From contig NC_020304.1 of NCBI RefSeq assembly GCF_000341395.1, forward strand, positions 690,001-722,000: a stretch of DNA of 32,000 nt. The letters are read 5' to 3'. Shown one piece after another: positions 1-8,993 of this stretch. The DNA is from Desulfocapsa sulfexigens DSM 10523. GTDB lineage: Bacteria > Desulfobacterota > Desulfobulbia > Desulfobulbales > Desulfocapsaceae. The position numbers were made by a program, and so were the translations under genes. Position 1 is the first letter of the stretch; each line of letters opens with the position of its first letter. The notes under the pieces are model-generated. The model was not told the DNA's origin and made no database searches. It worked only from the letters and a program-made list of their open reading frames with translations.

Positions 1-704
1 CGCTGACTGAGCATACGTAGAAAATCAAAATAGAACCCTTTTTGTTCTATCTGGCTGGCTTGTTGGAAAAGCAGAGAATCAATCCGACTGCCCAGAAACA
101 GTCCCATTCCGGCAAAGAGGAAAACGAGCAAAAAGTGGTATAGTTTGAGGAAAAAAAAGGCATTACCTGATAACAGGAAACTGGTAACTGCTGATGGCCA
201 GTGCTCCAAATTAAGCTCCGGCCGCCTGACTAATTCAAGAAATCCTGGTCCCTGGGAAAAAAGATCCCTGGTGAAAACCTCTCGCTTAATATCATTAAGC
301 TTCTGATCCAGATCTGTTGCTCTGAGTGTCAACAAACGACACTGAGCAAGACGAACCTCAGCCTGATTTTTCTGGGTCTGCAGGCCAGCTCTCTCCCTGG
401 TGATCTCCCTAGACTCACCGGTCACCTTTTCACCAAGAGCAGCAAGAGTTGTATCTATTTGTTCCAGTTCCTGCCCAACTGCATGCACACAATTTTTTCC
501 CTGAGCTAAATATCCCTGCACCTGAAGTACCAGGACATCAACCTGGGCCAGTGACGTATCCTCCAGATTAATCTGAGAAATCTTCGTGATTTCCTGCTGA
601 GCTGCAGCAAACATATCGTCTTCCTGATCAGCGGAACGTAGGAAAGAGGGATGCATACAGAGGAAAACGAAGAGGAGAAAAGCCGCAATTAACGAATATT
701 TCAT
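1..704 (-). CDS. Partial (C-terminus off the window) secreted/membrane protein. Likely the N-terminal periplasmic coiled-coil part of an MscK/KefA-type mechanosensitive channel.
   Basis: ATG at 704..702 on the minus strand. My hand translation stays open to the window edge: MKYSLIAAFLLFVFLCMHPSFLRSADQEDD...LEQIDTTLAALGEK...RLAQCRLLTLRATDLDQKLNDIKRE...FFFLKLYHFLLVFLFAGMGLFLGS...FYFDFLRMLSQR. It has a signal peptide, a Q/L/E-rich coiled coil and then the first TM segments. This is the same architecture as the N-terminus of the 13438..15576 channel. It is absent from the ORF track because it is open-ended. Confidence 0.5.
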   Translation of the reverse strand, partial: MKYSLIAAFLLFVFLCMHPSFLRSADQEDDMFAAAQQEITKISQINLEDTSLAQVDVLVLQVQGYLAQGKNCVHAVGQELEQIDTTLAALGEKVTGESREITRERAGLQTQKNQAEVRLAQCRLLTLRATDLDQKLNDIKREVFTRDLFSQGPGFLELVRRPELNLEHWPSAVTSFLLSGNAFFFLKLYHFLLVFLFAGMGLFLGSRIDSLLFQQASQIEQKGFYFDFLRMLSQ

Positions 705-903
705 GAACGGTCACTGTGAAAATTAATAGAGAATGTTTCTGAAACAGTATAACTTAGGTACATGACAATAGCAAAAAATCATGTTAGCCATGCGCGTGAC
801 AGGATCGGGATGGCCACAACGATCTTTGTCGTCGAACAGAGGGTATTCCCAAAATATACATTTCACCTGAAACTCTGCCCCGTACCCCCGAACAGGAGAG
901 ACA

Positions 904-1500
904 ATGGCGTTTCCAACTTTCTCTGACCTCTTGTCCATTTCCGATCCTGAAGTCCTACTGACAGGCTTGGCTGTTTTCACTGCCCGTATCTTCGATGTTT
1001 CCATTGGTACCGTACGCACCATTGTAACTGTTCAGGGACGTACCATACTCTCTTTCTTTCTGGCGGTCTTTGAGGTGACCATCTGGATCACAGTTGTCAG
1101 TGCCGTAATCCTTAAGATGACCGAAATGCCCATACTTATTATTTTCTACTCCCTTGGGTACGCCATGGGAAATGTGGTGGGTATCCTGGTGGAAAGGAGG
1201 CTTGCTTTTGGTATGATCATTCTCAAGGTTTTCAGTTCCTACCATGGCCAGAGAATGGCACAGACATTTCGTGAAATGGGCCAGCCAGTAACAATTTTCC
1301 ATGGTGAGGGAATGAAAGGGCCGGTTGTAGAACTTTATCTGGCCTGCAGAAGGCGGGATCTCAGGTGGATGATTGCCAAAGTCTATGAGATAGACAGTGA
1401 TGCCTTCTATGTTGTTGAGCAGGCAAAAGATGTCAGCAAAGTGCTGAAACCGGTATACTCTCCATTGGGCGGGTGGCGGCAGCGCAACAATAGAAAATAG
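904..1500 (+). CDS. UPF0316 / DUF2179-type small membrane protein
   Basis: 198 aa. The N-terminal half has 3-4 TM helices, including the ...ARIFDVSIGTVRTI... motif typical of UPF0316. The soluble C-terminal domain (VTIFHGEGMKGPVVELY...DSDAFYVVEQAKDV) is typical of DUF2179. Confidence 0.75.
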   Translation: MAFPTFSDLLSISDPEVLLTGLAVFTARIFDVSIGTVRTIVTVQGRTILSFFLAVFEVTIWITVVSAVILKMTEMPILIIFYSLGYAMGNVVGILVERRLAFGMIILKVFSSYHGQRMAQTFREMGQPVTIFHGEGMKGPVVELYLACRRRDLRWMIAKVYEIDSDAFYVVEQAKDVSKVLKPVYSPLGGWRQRNNRK

Positions 1501-1716
1501 CAGACGGGGAATAGTCCTGATACAGGGAAGATATCTTTATTTTTGAAATAAAGACATAAAACGAGCGATGAAATGTAACGTCTAGGAAGGCACCCGATGG
1601 TTACGATTGGAAGATCAACTCTCCGATTACTTCGGGTTGCAATTCATCCCAATTGCAAACCAGATAAAAAATGAAAAGTGAGGGCAGGCATCGATTTTTG
1701 ACAGACTTAAACAATT

Positions 1717-4290
1717 TCATACATGATGTGGCAGCAATCCACGTTTTTCATCAAGCACTTGTCTGACAATTCTGGCCAATGTTGATCTATCAACGGGTTT
1801 CTTTGCATATTTTTTTATGCCAATTGCCAGGACACTCTCTTCTGTAGCGACAGTGCTGTAGCCAGTGCAGAGGATAATTGGCATGGTCGGCTTTATTTTC
1901 AAAACTTCCTGTGCCAATTCTATCCCGGACAGACCGGGCATGGTCTGATCTGTGATTAACAGGTCAAATTGCTCTGGTTGCAAGTAGATTTTTTCAAATG
2001 CCTTTTCACTGCTTGTTGCTGCTGTTACGCTATATCCAAGACCTTCCAGCACTAATTTTTGCAGGTTGATGATGCTGCTTTCATCATCAACTATAAAGAT
2101 ATGCTCACTCCCTGAAGGAAGAAGGGCTTCTTTCGTTTTTTCCTGAATTGAAACAACATGTTCCAAAACCGGGAAATGGACATGGAAAGTACTTCCTTTT
2201 CCTGGCTCGCTCTCTACCTGAATAAATCCTTTATAATCTTTTACGATTCCATGAATAACAGCTAATCCGAGACCTGTCCCCTTGCCGACCTTTTTAGTTG
2301 TAAAGTAGGGTTCAAAAATTCGTTCAATTGTTTTCTTGTCCATACCGTGACCGGTATCACTAACTGACAGAACAATAAAAGGGCCTGGAGAGACACCGTT
2401 TCCACTTATGTCTTCTGCTTGTATATCTTTACGGCATAAGCTGACAGACAAAGTCCCTTTTTCCTTTTCCATAGCATGGAAAGCATTGGTACAGAGGTTC
2501 ACCACTATTTGATGGAGAGTTGTCGGGTCTGCCAGAATTGATCCACAGTCAGTGGCAATTTTTTCATTGATGGAAAGAGTTGTCGGCAGTGATGCACGCA
2601 GCATTTTAAATGCTTCTTTGACAATCAAATGAGGCATCACAGGTTGCAGGGCGCGCTCCGTTGTCCGACTGAAGGAGAGAATTTGCTTTACAAGTTCTGT
2701 TGCCCGTTTCCCGGCCGTCAGAACTTCATCAATATCTTTTGCTGCATTGCTATCATTTGGTATATCGAGCCTTGCCAATTCTGCATAACCGATAATTGCA
2801 GAAAGAATATTGTTGAAATCATGGGCAACACCACCAGCCAAAGTACCAATTGCCTCCATTTTGTGGGCCTGAAAAAGTTCTTCCTCCAGTTTTTTCTGTT
2901 CAGTGATGTCTCTGGCAACGTGGACAACATATCGCACCCCATTATTTTTATTAAGAAGAGGGGCAGATGATACCTGAAAAATTTTCCCCAGCCCTTTATG
3001 TTCGATTATTTCCGAATGGTTATTAATATTTTCAATTACATTAATACCAGGACATCCCGGACAGGGCTGCACACTTCCTCGGAAAATTTCACAACATTTT
3101 TTGCCTTCAAGCTCTCCCGGCTTTGCCTCAAAAAAATCATATGCTGCCTTATTGGCCCGGACTATCCGCATATTTTTGTCCTGAATAGTAACAATATCAG
3201 CCATAGCATTAAATGTCTTTTCCCACTCTTCCTGAGCCTCGAGGGCACGATTTTCAGCCTTCTTGCGTTCGTTAACCTCTGTGCTTAACTCGCTCACGGT
3301 CACTTGTAACTTACTTTTGGCCTTTACAAGGCGCCCCACAAGATTATTGAAGCTGACATAAAGGATGGAGAGACACAGAACTGTCAGCAAAAGAACAAGC
3401 GCTGACATTTGAAAAATATAGCTGTCTTTTTGCTGAACCAGATCCGTGATATCTTGTAAAATTGTAATGCCACCAAGTACTTCATTATGATAATTTGTAA
3501 AAATGGGCTGAGAATGAAGAATATAAACTTTATTGCCCAACGTAATTTGATTGATGGGGATATTGAAATCAATTTTTGAAGGCAGGCTTTTGTATAAAGG
3601 ATCGCCATGGGTATTCAAAAGAAATGCGCCAAACTTTCTCATTTTAAAGTGCCCCGATTCATGATCAACCTTCTGCCACACTCTGTCGAAAAAATATGAA
3701 GCAGCCTTGCCAGAGAGATCAATTTCAGCAACCTCCAGTAACTGGTGAACTTTGATTCCAAACTCCATAACACCCACAAAGGCACCTTCAAAAAAGACAG
3801 GCTGGGCTATTCTGAAAAATGCGCCATGCCTGCCAATTTCATAACCGGAAAGCTGTTTATGAATCTTGTTAACACTATCAATAATTGGCCGAACAGTCTG
3901 CAGATTATCACCGAAAAAACCTGGATTATGCATGCGCAGAAATGTTGTGCCATCTGGTAGATGAAAATGCATCACACTGAAATGAATATTTTCTTTTGTA
4001 AGGGCGTCATATATTGGAAGAGTCGAGTTGTATAATTGTTCACGATTACGGTTAGCAAAAGCTGTAACCATTTGAGGATTAAGCTGTAATAGGTTTTCAA
4101 TCCGTAAAAGATAGGGCCCAAAAGAATATTTTTCTAAAATGCCGATACGAGTCTGAAAATTTACTTCTTCTTCCTCAATGACTCGCTTCAATGAAACATT
4201 ATGAAGGGCAATACCATGATACAAAGAAATACCGGCAAGAATAATGATTGAAAGCGCAACTGTGATAATAGCTTTGTTTTTATCACTCAT
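1717..4290 (-). CDS. Hybrid sensor histidine kinase / response regulator (TM, Cache-like sensor, TM, coiled coil, Cys-rich PAS, HisKA, HATPase_c, receiver)
   Basis: 857 aa. H-box GGVAHDFNNILSAI; G-boxes DTGHGM and GTGLGLAV. C-terminal receiver with IFIVDDE...LLITDQTMPG...KKP. Cache-like motif FLRMHNPGFFGDNL...GYEIGRHGAFFRIAQPV. The PAS domain contains CCEIFRGSVQPCPGCPG. Confidence 0.9.
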   Translation of the reverse strand: MSDKNKAIITVALSIIILAGISLYHGIALHNVSLKRVIEEEEVNFQTRIGILEKYSFGPYLLRIENLLQLNPQMVTAFANRNREQLYNSTLPIYDALTKENIHFSVMHFHLPDGTTFLRMHNPGFFGDNLQTVRPIIDSVNKIHKQLSGYEIGRHGAFFRIAQPVFFEGAFVGVMEFGIKVHQLLEVAEIDLSGKAASYFFDRVWQKVDHESGHFKMRKFGAFLLNTHGDPLYKSLPSKIDFNIPINQITLGNKVYILHSQPIFTNYHNEVLGGITILQDITDLVQQKDSYIFQMSALVLLLTVLCLSILYVSFNNLVGRLVKAKSKLQVTVSELSTEVNERKKAENRALEAQEEWEKTFNAMADIVTIQDKNMRIVRANKAAYDFFEAKPGELEGKKCCEIFRGSVQPCPGCPGINVIENINNHSEIIEHKGLGKIFQVSSAPLLNKNNGVRYVVHVARDITEQKKLEEELFQAHKMEAIGTLAGGVAHDFNNILSAIIGYAELARLDIPNDSNAAKDIDEVLTAGKRATELVKQILSFSRTTERALQPVMPHLIVKEAFKMLRASLPTTLSINEKIATDCGSILADPTTLHQIVVNLCTNAFHAMEKEKGTLSVSLCRKDIQAEDISGNGVSPGPFIVLSVSDTGHGMDKKTIERIFEPYFTTKKVGKGTGLGLAVIHGIVKDYKGFIQVESEPGKGSTFHVHFPVLEHVVSIQEKTKEALLPSGSEHIFIVDDESSIINLQKLVLEGLGYSVTAATSSEKAFEKIYLQPEQFDLLITDQTMPGLSGIELAQEVLKIKPTMPIILCTGYSTVATEESVLAIGIKKYAKKPVDRSTLARIVRQVLDEKRGLLPHHV

Positions 4291-4677
4291 CCCTATCTCG
4301 CTGTGTTGACGGTTTCAAACATCAGAAACTGCTTATGATATGGTTCGAAACTGAGGGTTGCTTTTTTACCTGTATGCAAAGGCATCTTTAACCCAATGCT
4401 CTTCCCTCATTTCTTATGTTTTCGCACAAATAAAAAAAAGAGTCAATGAACCCCAAGATTAGCACATCCGCCCTCATCAGGAACAAGGGGCGTAATTAAT
4501 CGGAAAGGGGTTGCGAGCAGTTAAGATGCTTGCTTATTTTTCCTGTCAAATATTTTCACCATATAGAGCACGACAATAGGGATCGAGAGAATAAGACAGA
4601 GAACAGCGGCTGTTACTGAGGCATAGGACAGGACAGCCTTAGCTAGAACGGGCAGCAATTGAAGCGAGTAAAAGAAA

Positions 4678-5940
4678 TCAAGCAGATGTGTCCTTATTTC
4701 CCAGACAGCGAAAATCATAGCCACTGGGGTTTTGGAAAATTCGCAAACCAAACTCGGGGATTGCGGCCAGCAGGTGATCAAAGATATCCGCCTGGATCGC
4801 TTCGTAGTTGGCCCAAGCTTGATCTTTTGAAAAGACGTAAATTTCGAGAGGGAGGCCGTGCTCAGTCGGAGCAAGCTGTCGGACCAGAAAAGTCATCTCT
4901 TGATGGAGTTTTGTATTATTTCTGAGGTATGCAATAACGTAGGCACGGAAAATTCCGACGTTGGTCTGGCGACGGCCACTGATAGTAAGGTTTTGATCAT
5001 AGTTATGGTGCAGGTTATATTCTTCAATTTCCTGTTGTTTATTCCTTATGTAATCGGCTATCAGAGAAAAATTGGAGAGTTTGTCAAGCATCTGCTCATC
5101 GCAGAAGCGGATCGAATGAATATCTATATTCAATGCCCGTTTTATTCGTCTGCCCCCCGATTCGGACATTCCTCGCCAATTTTTAAAAGAGTTGGAGACA
5201 AGGGCATAGGTGGGGATAGTTGAAATGGTTTTGTCCCAGTTCTGGACGCGAATAGAATGGATGGAGATATCAACAACATCACCGTCGGCACCATATTGCG
5301 GTATTTCTACCCAATCCCCGAGACGTACCATGTCTGTGGAATTAATCTGGATTGAAGCGACAAAACCGAGAATCGAGTCTTTGAAAACCAACATGGTTAC
5401 GGCAGTCAGACCGCCGAGAACGGAGAGAATACCCCAGGGAGATTTCCCTGTAAAAATGGAGATAAGAAAAATTGCCCCAAGGACGTAAGTGAGTATTTTG
5501 CCAGCATCGATGTAACTACGAAGGCTGGCCCCCTTATTCTTTCTAACTATTCGATGGATATCGTTAGCTGAAGAGAGTAAAGCGGTTAAGCTGAGGACTG
5601 AAACAATGACAAAGCTGGCGGTTATCAGTCGTTTTGCAGGAAGATAGCTTGTAGCCCCCTGATCAAGAAACATATCGATTGCCAGAGAAAAAACGGTCAC
5701 CGGAACGAACCAACTGATTTTGCTGAGCAATTTGTTTTTAGCCAAAGGATCATCCCATCTGTAGTTATTCGATTGAATCCAGTTGGTAAGGAACTTTAAC
5801 AGGGTTTTGCGGACAATCAGGGTCGTTATAATTGCTGTCAAGATTACAGCAAAAGCTATCAGCATGTAAGCCAGCAGTTCTACCGTTGTGGATGACAGCT
5901 TGAGATTTTGGAAAAGAGAGGTGAACCAATTATTTTTCAT
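4678..5940 (-). CDS. MscS-family mechanosensitive ion channel
   Basis: 420 aa with N-terminal TM helices. MscS pore helix and beta-domain signature: GGLTAVTMLVFKDSILGFVASIQINSTDMVRLGDWVEI...GDVVDISIHSIRVQNWDKTISTIPTYALVSNSFKNW. Confidence 0.85.
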   Translation of the reverse strand: MKNNWFTSLFQNLKLSSTTVELLAYMLIAFAVILTAIITTLIVRKTLLKFLTNWIQSNNYRWDDPLAKNKLLSKISWFVPVTVFSLAIDMFLDQGATSYLPAKRLITASFVIVSVLSLTALLSSANDIHRIVRKNKGASLRSYIDAGKILTYVLGAIFLISIFTGKSPWGILSVLGGLTAVTMLVFKDSILGFVASIQINSTDMVRLGDWVEIPQYGADGDVVDISIHSIRVQNWDKTISTIPTYALVSNSFKNWRGMSESGGRRIKRALNIDIHSIRFCDEQMLDKLSNFSLIADYIRNKQQEIEEYNLHHNYDQNLTISGRRQTNVGIFRAYVIAYLRNNTKLHQEMTFLVRQLAPTEHGLPLEIYVFSKDQAWANYEAIQADIFDHLLAAIPEFGLRIFQNPSGYDFRCLGNKDTSA

Positions 5941-6446
5941 AGAAAAACATCCTTCCTGTATGGATCAAAATTTTGATTCTGCTTGCGACTCTTGTGTTTT
6001 TTCCAAAATAACACATTGTATTTCAGACAGATACCAACAAAAACCCATCATCCTGGCCAGTTGGAATCGTAATGCGATCAAAAAAAGAGGACTGAACATA
6101 AATAAAGATTTTGCTCAATTATCTTTTAAGTTTCAAGATATTTATGGATTAAGATCATATTTCGATAATCTCCGGGATCGAGCAATGTCCTTCCTGGGTC
6201 ACTCATTTTTTTGATAACTGAGCTCTGCTAACAAATGCAACGCACCTTTTCATCTCTTCCCAGGAACCTTTTATTCACTTGCTCCACTAAGGCTTATGTT
6301 GTAAAATAATTTTTATTGATTTCACTTGAAATTCGAGCGGATTGCAACCTTTAAACTCCTACAGCCAAAACCATTTGGCGATGGAGAAAATCAAGGGGCA
6401 CCCGATTCTTAGTACCTCACCTACCTGCCCCCACACAAAAAAACGT

Positions 6447-8171
6447 ATGAACAACTCTCTGGATCTCTGGAAACTCCTGGCCGGCCTGGCCATTTTTCTC
6501 TATGGCATGTTCCTTATGGAAGACTCCATCAAGAACATGTCCGGCAAAGCCTTCCGCAGAATAATCAGGAAATACACCGATGGCCGTCTCCGCTCCGTAG
6601 CCAGCGGTGCCCTGATCACCGCCATCCTCCAGAGTAGTGCAGCGGTATCCCTCATGGTTCTGGCCTTTGTCGGAGCCGAAGTGATGACGATGGCCAACGG
6701 TATCGGGGTGATAATGGGGTCAAATATAGGCACCACCTTCACGGCCTGGCTTGTTGCCGTCTTCGGCTTCAAGCTCAAGATCGAGACCTTTGCCCTTCCT
6801 CTTATTGCCGTAGGGGGAATAATCCTCATCGGCTTCGGCCCCAGATCCCGAATATTCCAGGCCAGCCGTCTTCTCATGGGGTTTGGTTTTCTTTTTCTTG
6901 GTCTGGATTTCATGAAAACCAGCGTTGAAAACTTTGCTCAGCATCTTGATATCCAAAGTATTTCCGCCTACGGCCTGTGGCTTTACGCCATCGTCGGCAT
7001 ACTGATCACAGCTCTCATGCAGTCAAGCTCTGTCAGTATTGCCATTGTCCTTACTGCCCTGAACAGCAGCCTGATCACATTTCCAATGGCCGCAGCCATG
7101 GTTATCGGAGCTAATGTCGGTAGCACCGTCACGGTTTTACTCGGGGCCATCGGCGGAACCCAGTCAAAAAAAAGGGTAAGTGTCAGTCATCTCATATTCA
7201 ATCTCGTGACTGGTACCGTAGCCTTTACTGCCATCCAGCCCCTTTCCTGGATGGTCAGCCATTTTATCAATACTACCACCAACAGCGTCATGGCACTGGC
7301 CCTCTTTCACACGCTGTTCAATGTCATTGGTGTCCTGCTCTTTTTCCCCTTTATCGGCATACTCGCCCGCTATCTGGTCAAAATGTTCCCAGATCGCAAG
7401 GAAGTACTCACCGTTTTTCTGCGAAATACCTCCACTGAAATGCCGGATGCAGCTATTTCCTCTTTGCGCCAGGAGATTCTCCACCTTTTTGAGGAATGTC
7501 AGCTCTACAATCTCCGCTCCTTCCGGATTGACGAAAAGCTGGTTTTCGACCACTCCCTGCCCTTTGAGAAAAACGCCATAAAACGATTCAGCCTTGAAGA
7601 TCAGTACGACAACATCAAACTCCTCCACGGCGAAATTTTTGAGTTCTACGCCAAGCTCCTCAATGAAAAGCTCGAAGACTCCGAGGCCAAGGAGCTTGAA
7701 CTGATCATTTATGCCTCTCGTAATATCATGAACTCCATCAAAAACATCAAGGGCGTCCGAAATAATCTTGATGAGTTTGACGCCGCTGACAACGACCACC
7801 TCAACAGCCAGTACAAAGCGTTCAGACGTCGGCTTATGGAGCTGTATCATGACATCAGTCGCTTTCGACGACTCGAGAACAATCATGAATTATACAGAGG
7901 CCTGTTACGTTCCATTGTCCACCTGGAAAAGTCAGACACTCTTTTTATCAAGGAAACCTTAAAACTGACGACCTCCGGCGCCATCAAAGAAATCGATATA
8001 GCCTCCCTGCTCATGGTCAACCGTCTCTTCAACCAGGCCTGTCGCCTCCAGATATTTGCCCTAAAAGACCTGCTACTTGCGCAGAAACAGATCCAGGATT
8101 TTGACCACGCCCTGGAGATGAAGATTCTCCTGGATGAGGAAACAAGCAGGGAAGAAAAAGAAAACACATGA
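6447..8171 (+). CDS. Na+/phosphate cotransporter family protein (NptA-like) with a PhoU-like C-terminal region
   Basis: Typical N-terminus MNNSLDLWKLLAGLAIFLYGMFLMEDSIKNMSG. Duplicated Na_Pi_cotrans repeats (GSNIGTTFTAW and GANVGSTVTVLL). Helical soluble C-terminal half. I prefer the ATG at 6447 over the track start at 6342 because family members begin at this motif. Confidence 0.85.
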   Translation: MNNSLDLWKLLAGLAIFLYGMFLMEDSIKNMSGKAFRRIIRKYTDGRLRSVASGALITAILQSSAAVSLMVLAFVGAEVMTMANGIGVIMGSNIGTTFTAWLVAVFGFKLKIETFALPLIAVGGIILIGFGPRSRIFQASRLLMGFGFLFLGLDFMKTSVENFAQHLDIQSISAYGLWLYAIVGILITALMQSSSVSIAIVLTALNSSLITFPMAAAMVIGANVGSTVTVLLGAIGGTQSKKRVSVSHLIFNLVTGTVAFTAIQPLSWMVSHFINTTTNSVMALALFHTLFNVIGVLLFFPFIGILARYLVKMFPDRKEVLTVFLRNTSTEMPDAAISSLRQEILHLFEECQLYNLRSFRIDEKLVFDHSLPFEKNAIKRFSLEDQYDNIKLLHGEIFEFYAKLLNEKLEDSEAKELELIIYASRNIMNSIKNIKGVRNNLDEFDAADNDHLNSQYKAFRRRLMELYHDISRFRRLENNHELYRGLLRSIVHLEKSDTLFIKETLKLTTSGAIKEIDIASLLMVNRLFNQACRLQIFALKDLLLAQKQIQDFDHALEMKILLDEETSREEKENT

Positions 8172-8186
8172 CAAAACAATAAATTG

Positions 8187-8226
8187 CCATCTTTACTGGC
8201 TTCTGAACACCTCCCAGTAAAGATGG
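8187..8226 (+). terminator. Perfect 13-bp stem hairpin just downstream of the Na/Pi gene (no U-tract)
   Basis: CCATCTTTACTGG (8187-8199), a 14-nt loop, then CCAGTAAAGATGG (8214-8226), starting 16 nt after the stop codon. It is not followed by a T-run, so intrinsic-terminator function is uncertain. Confidence 0.35.
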
Positions 8227-8325
8227 TAGTCGAGTAATCTTTTAGTTCCTCTCTCAGCCCGCTCCTTCCGTAGCCATTTCATGATTCCCATTCCTGATTA
8301 CCATCGAAACTCAGTTCTGCAATCC

Positions 8326-8431
8326 GGAGTTGTTCCGTGTCGATTATATGGGACGCATAAACCCATCCCTGGGGGCTCTGCTGCGGCCGTCCAGGCCGCA
8401 GATGCCCATATAAGCAACACGAAACAACTCC
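8326..8431. repeat. About 106-nt long imperfect palindrome (nested hairpin) in a 560-nt intergenic region
   Basis: Left arm GGAGTTGTTCCGTGTCGATTATATGGG (8326-8352) pairs with right arm CCCATATAAGCAACACGAAACAACTCC (8405-8431), with a few mismatches. The inner part has a perfect hairpin: CTGCGGCC-gtcca-GGCCGCAG (8381-8401). Confidence 0.5.
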
Positions 8432-8459
8432 CCCTCAGACGGGTAGGCTGAGGATTAGT

Positions 8460-8473
8460 GGAAATCAGATTCC
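8460..8473. promoter_or_regulatory. Candidate activator-binding dyad GGAA-N6-TTCC (GGAAATCAGATTCC)
   Basis: Dyad about 185 bp upstream of the 8649 sigma-54 promoter. It resembles the GGAA-TTTCAGG-TTCC site at 10872, but the spacing is one nucleotide shorter. Confidence 0.25.
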
Positions 8474-8528
8474 CCCTTGATTGGCAACGACCATATCTTT
8501 ACCTGACGCAGCCCGGACTTGCTTAACC

Positions 8529-8543
8529 AGACCTCCAGGTTCC
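8529..8543. promoter_or_regulatory. Candidate activator-binding site AGAC-CTCCAGG-TTCC (degenerate GGAA-N7-TTCC)
   Basis: About 114 bp upstream of the -24 GG at 8650. It shares the CAGGTTCC core with the site at 10872..10886. Confidence 0.3.
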
Positions 8544-8648
8544 TATTCTGAACAAGAAACCACAGTATCTCTCCTCGAATATTTTCAGCCCGCCACAATG
8601 AGAACGCTATCTGTCCGAATTAACACGACAACAATCAACTAACGTCTC

Positions 8649-8664
8649 TGGCACGATAAGTGCT
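8649..8664 (+). promoter_or_regulatory. Sigma-54 (-24/-12) promoter for the first zinc-ribbon mini-protein pair
   Basis: TGGCACgataaGTGCT, with GG-N10-GC spacing as in the consensus TGGCAC-N5-TTGCW. It ends about 70 nt upstream of the ATG at 8734. Confidence 0.7.
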
Positions 8665-8733
8665 AATGATTTTTCCGGGTGTCCGTGAACTCAATGCTCC
8701 CCGGACAACATTAATCAATATGAGGAAGGACGC

Positions 8734-8952
8734 ATGCGTGAAAGGGAACCGGATGAAGTAATGGACTGGTGTGAGTGTAAAAACTGTGGTGCGCATGTTG
8801 AAGTAGCCTCTTATCTGAAGCGGGGGAACATGGTCTACTGCAAAGAATGTGAAGAGGCTTATATTATTTCCAGTCGCAATCCAACCACGATTCAAGTCCA
8901 GAAAGAGCGGCAACTTGGGACACCCTGGTTGGATGGATCTTACTTTATTTAA
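8734..8952 (+). CDS. LysW-like zinc-ribbon mini-protein, paralog 1 (72 aa)
   Basis: RBS GAGGAAGG 5 nt before the ATG. Sequence: C-KN-CGAHVEVASYLKRGNMVY-C-KE-CEEAYIISSRNPTTIQV. This is CxxC-x17-CxxC followed by Y-I-x-S-x-x-P, and it is shared with four paralogs in this window. Confidence 0.75.
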   Translation: MREREPDEVMDWCECKNCGAHVEVASYLKRGNMVYCKECEEAYIISSRNPTTIQVQKERQLGTPWLDGSYFI

Positions 8953-8993
8953 TACAAACACTGGCGGAATAACACCAATCGAAGGAGGAGAGG

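Noticed and set aside
1637-1658. Hairpin TTGCAATT-catccc-AATTGCAA between the convergent UPF0316 and kinase genes as a bidirectional terminator
   Set aside because: There is no U-tract on the 3' side in either orientation, and the A-run is on the wrong side for both. It may still be a structural element, but it is not a supportable intrinsic terminator.
4521-4874. 117-aa minus-strand ORF (or a 65-aa version from 4718) with a hydrophobic C-terminus downstream of the MscS gene
   Set aside because: Its long form overlaps the 3' end of the MscS gene by about 200 nt in another frame, and it has no RBS or recognisable family. The short form might be a real small membrane protein, but I cannot support it.
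5888-6214. 108-aa plus-strand ORF in the MscS / Na-Pi divergent region
   Set aside because: It overlaps the MscS start. It is AT-rich, promoter-like DNA with no RBS and no motifs.
8961-8976. TGGCGGaataaCACCA between paralogs 1 and 2 as a sigma-54 promoter
   Set aside because: There is no GC at the -12 position. The 41-nt gap and strong RBS fit co-transcription with paralog 1.
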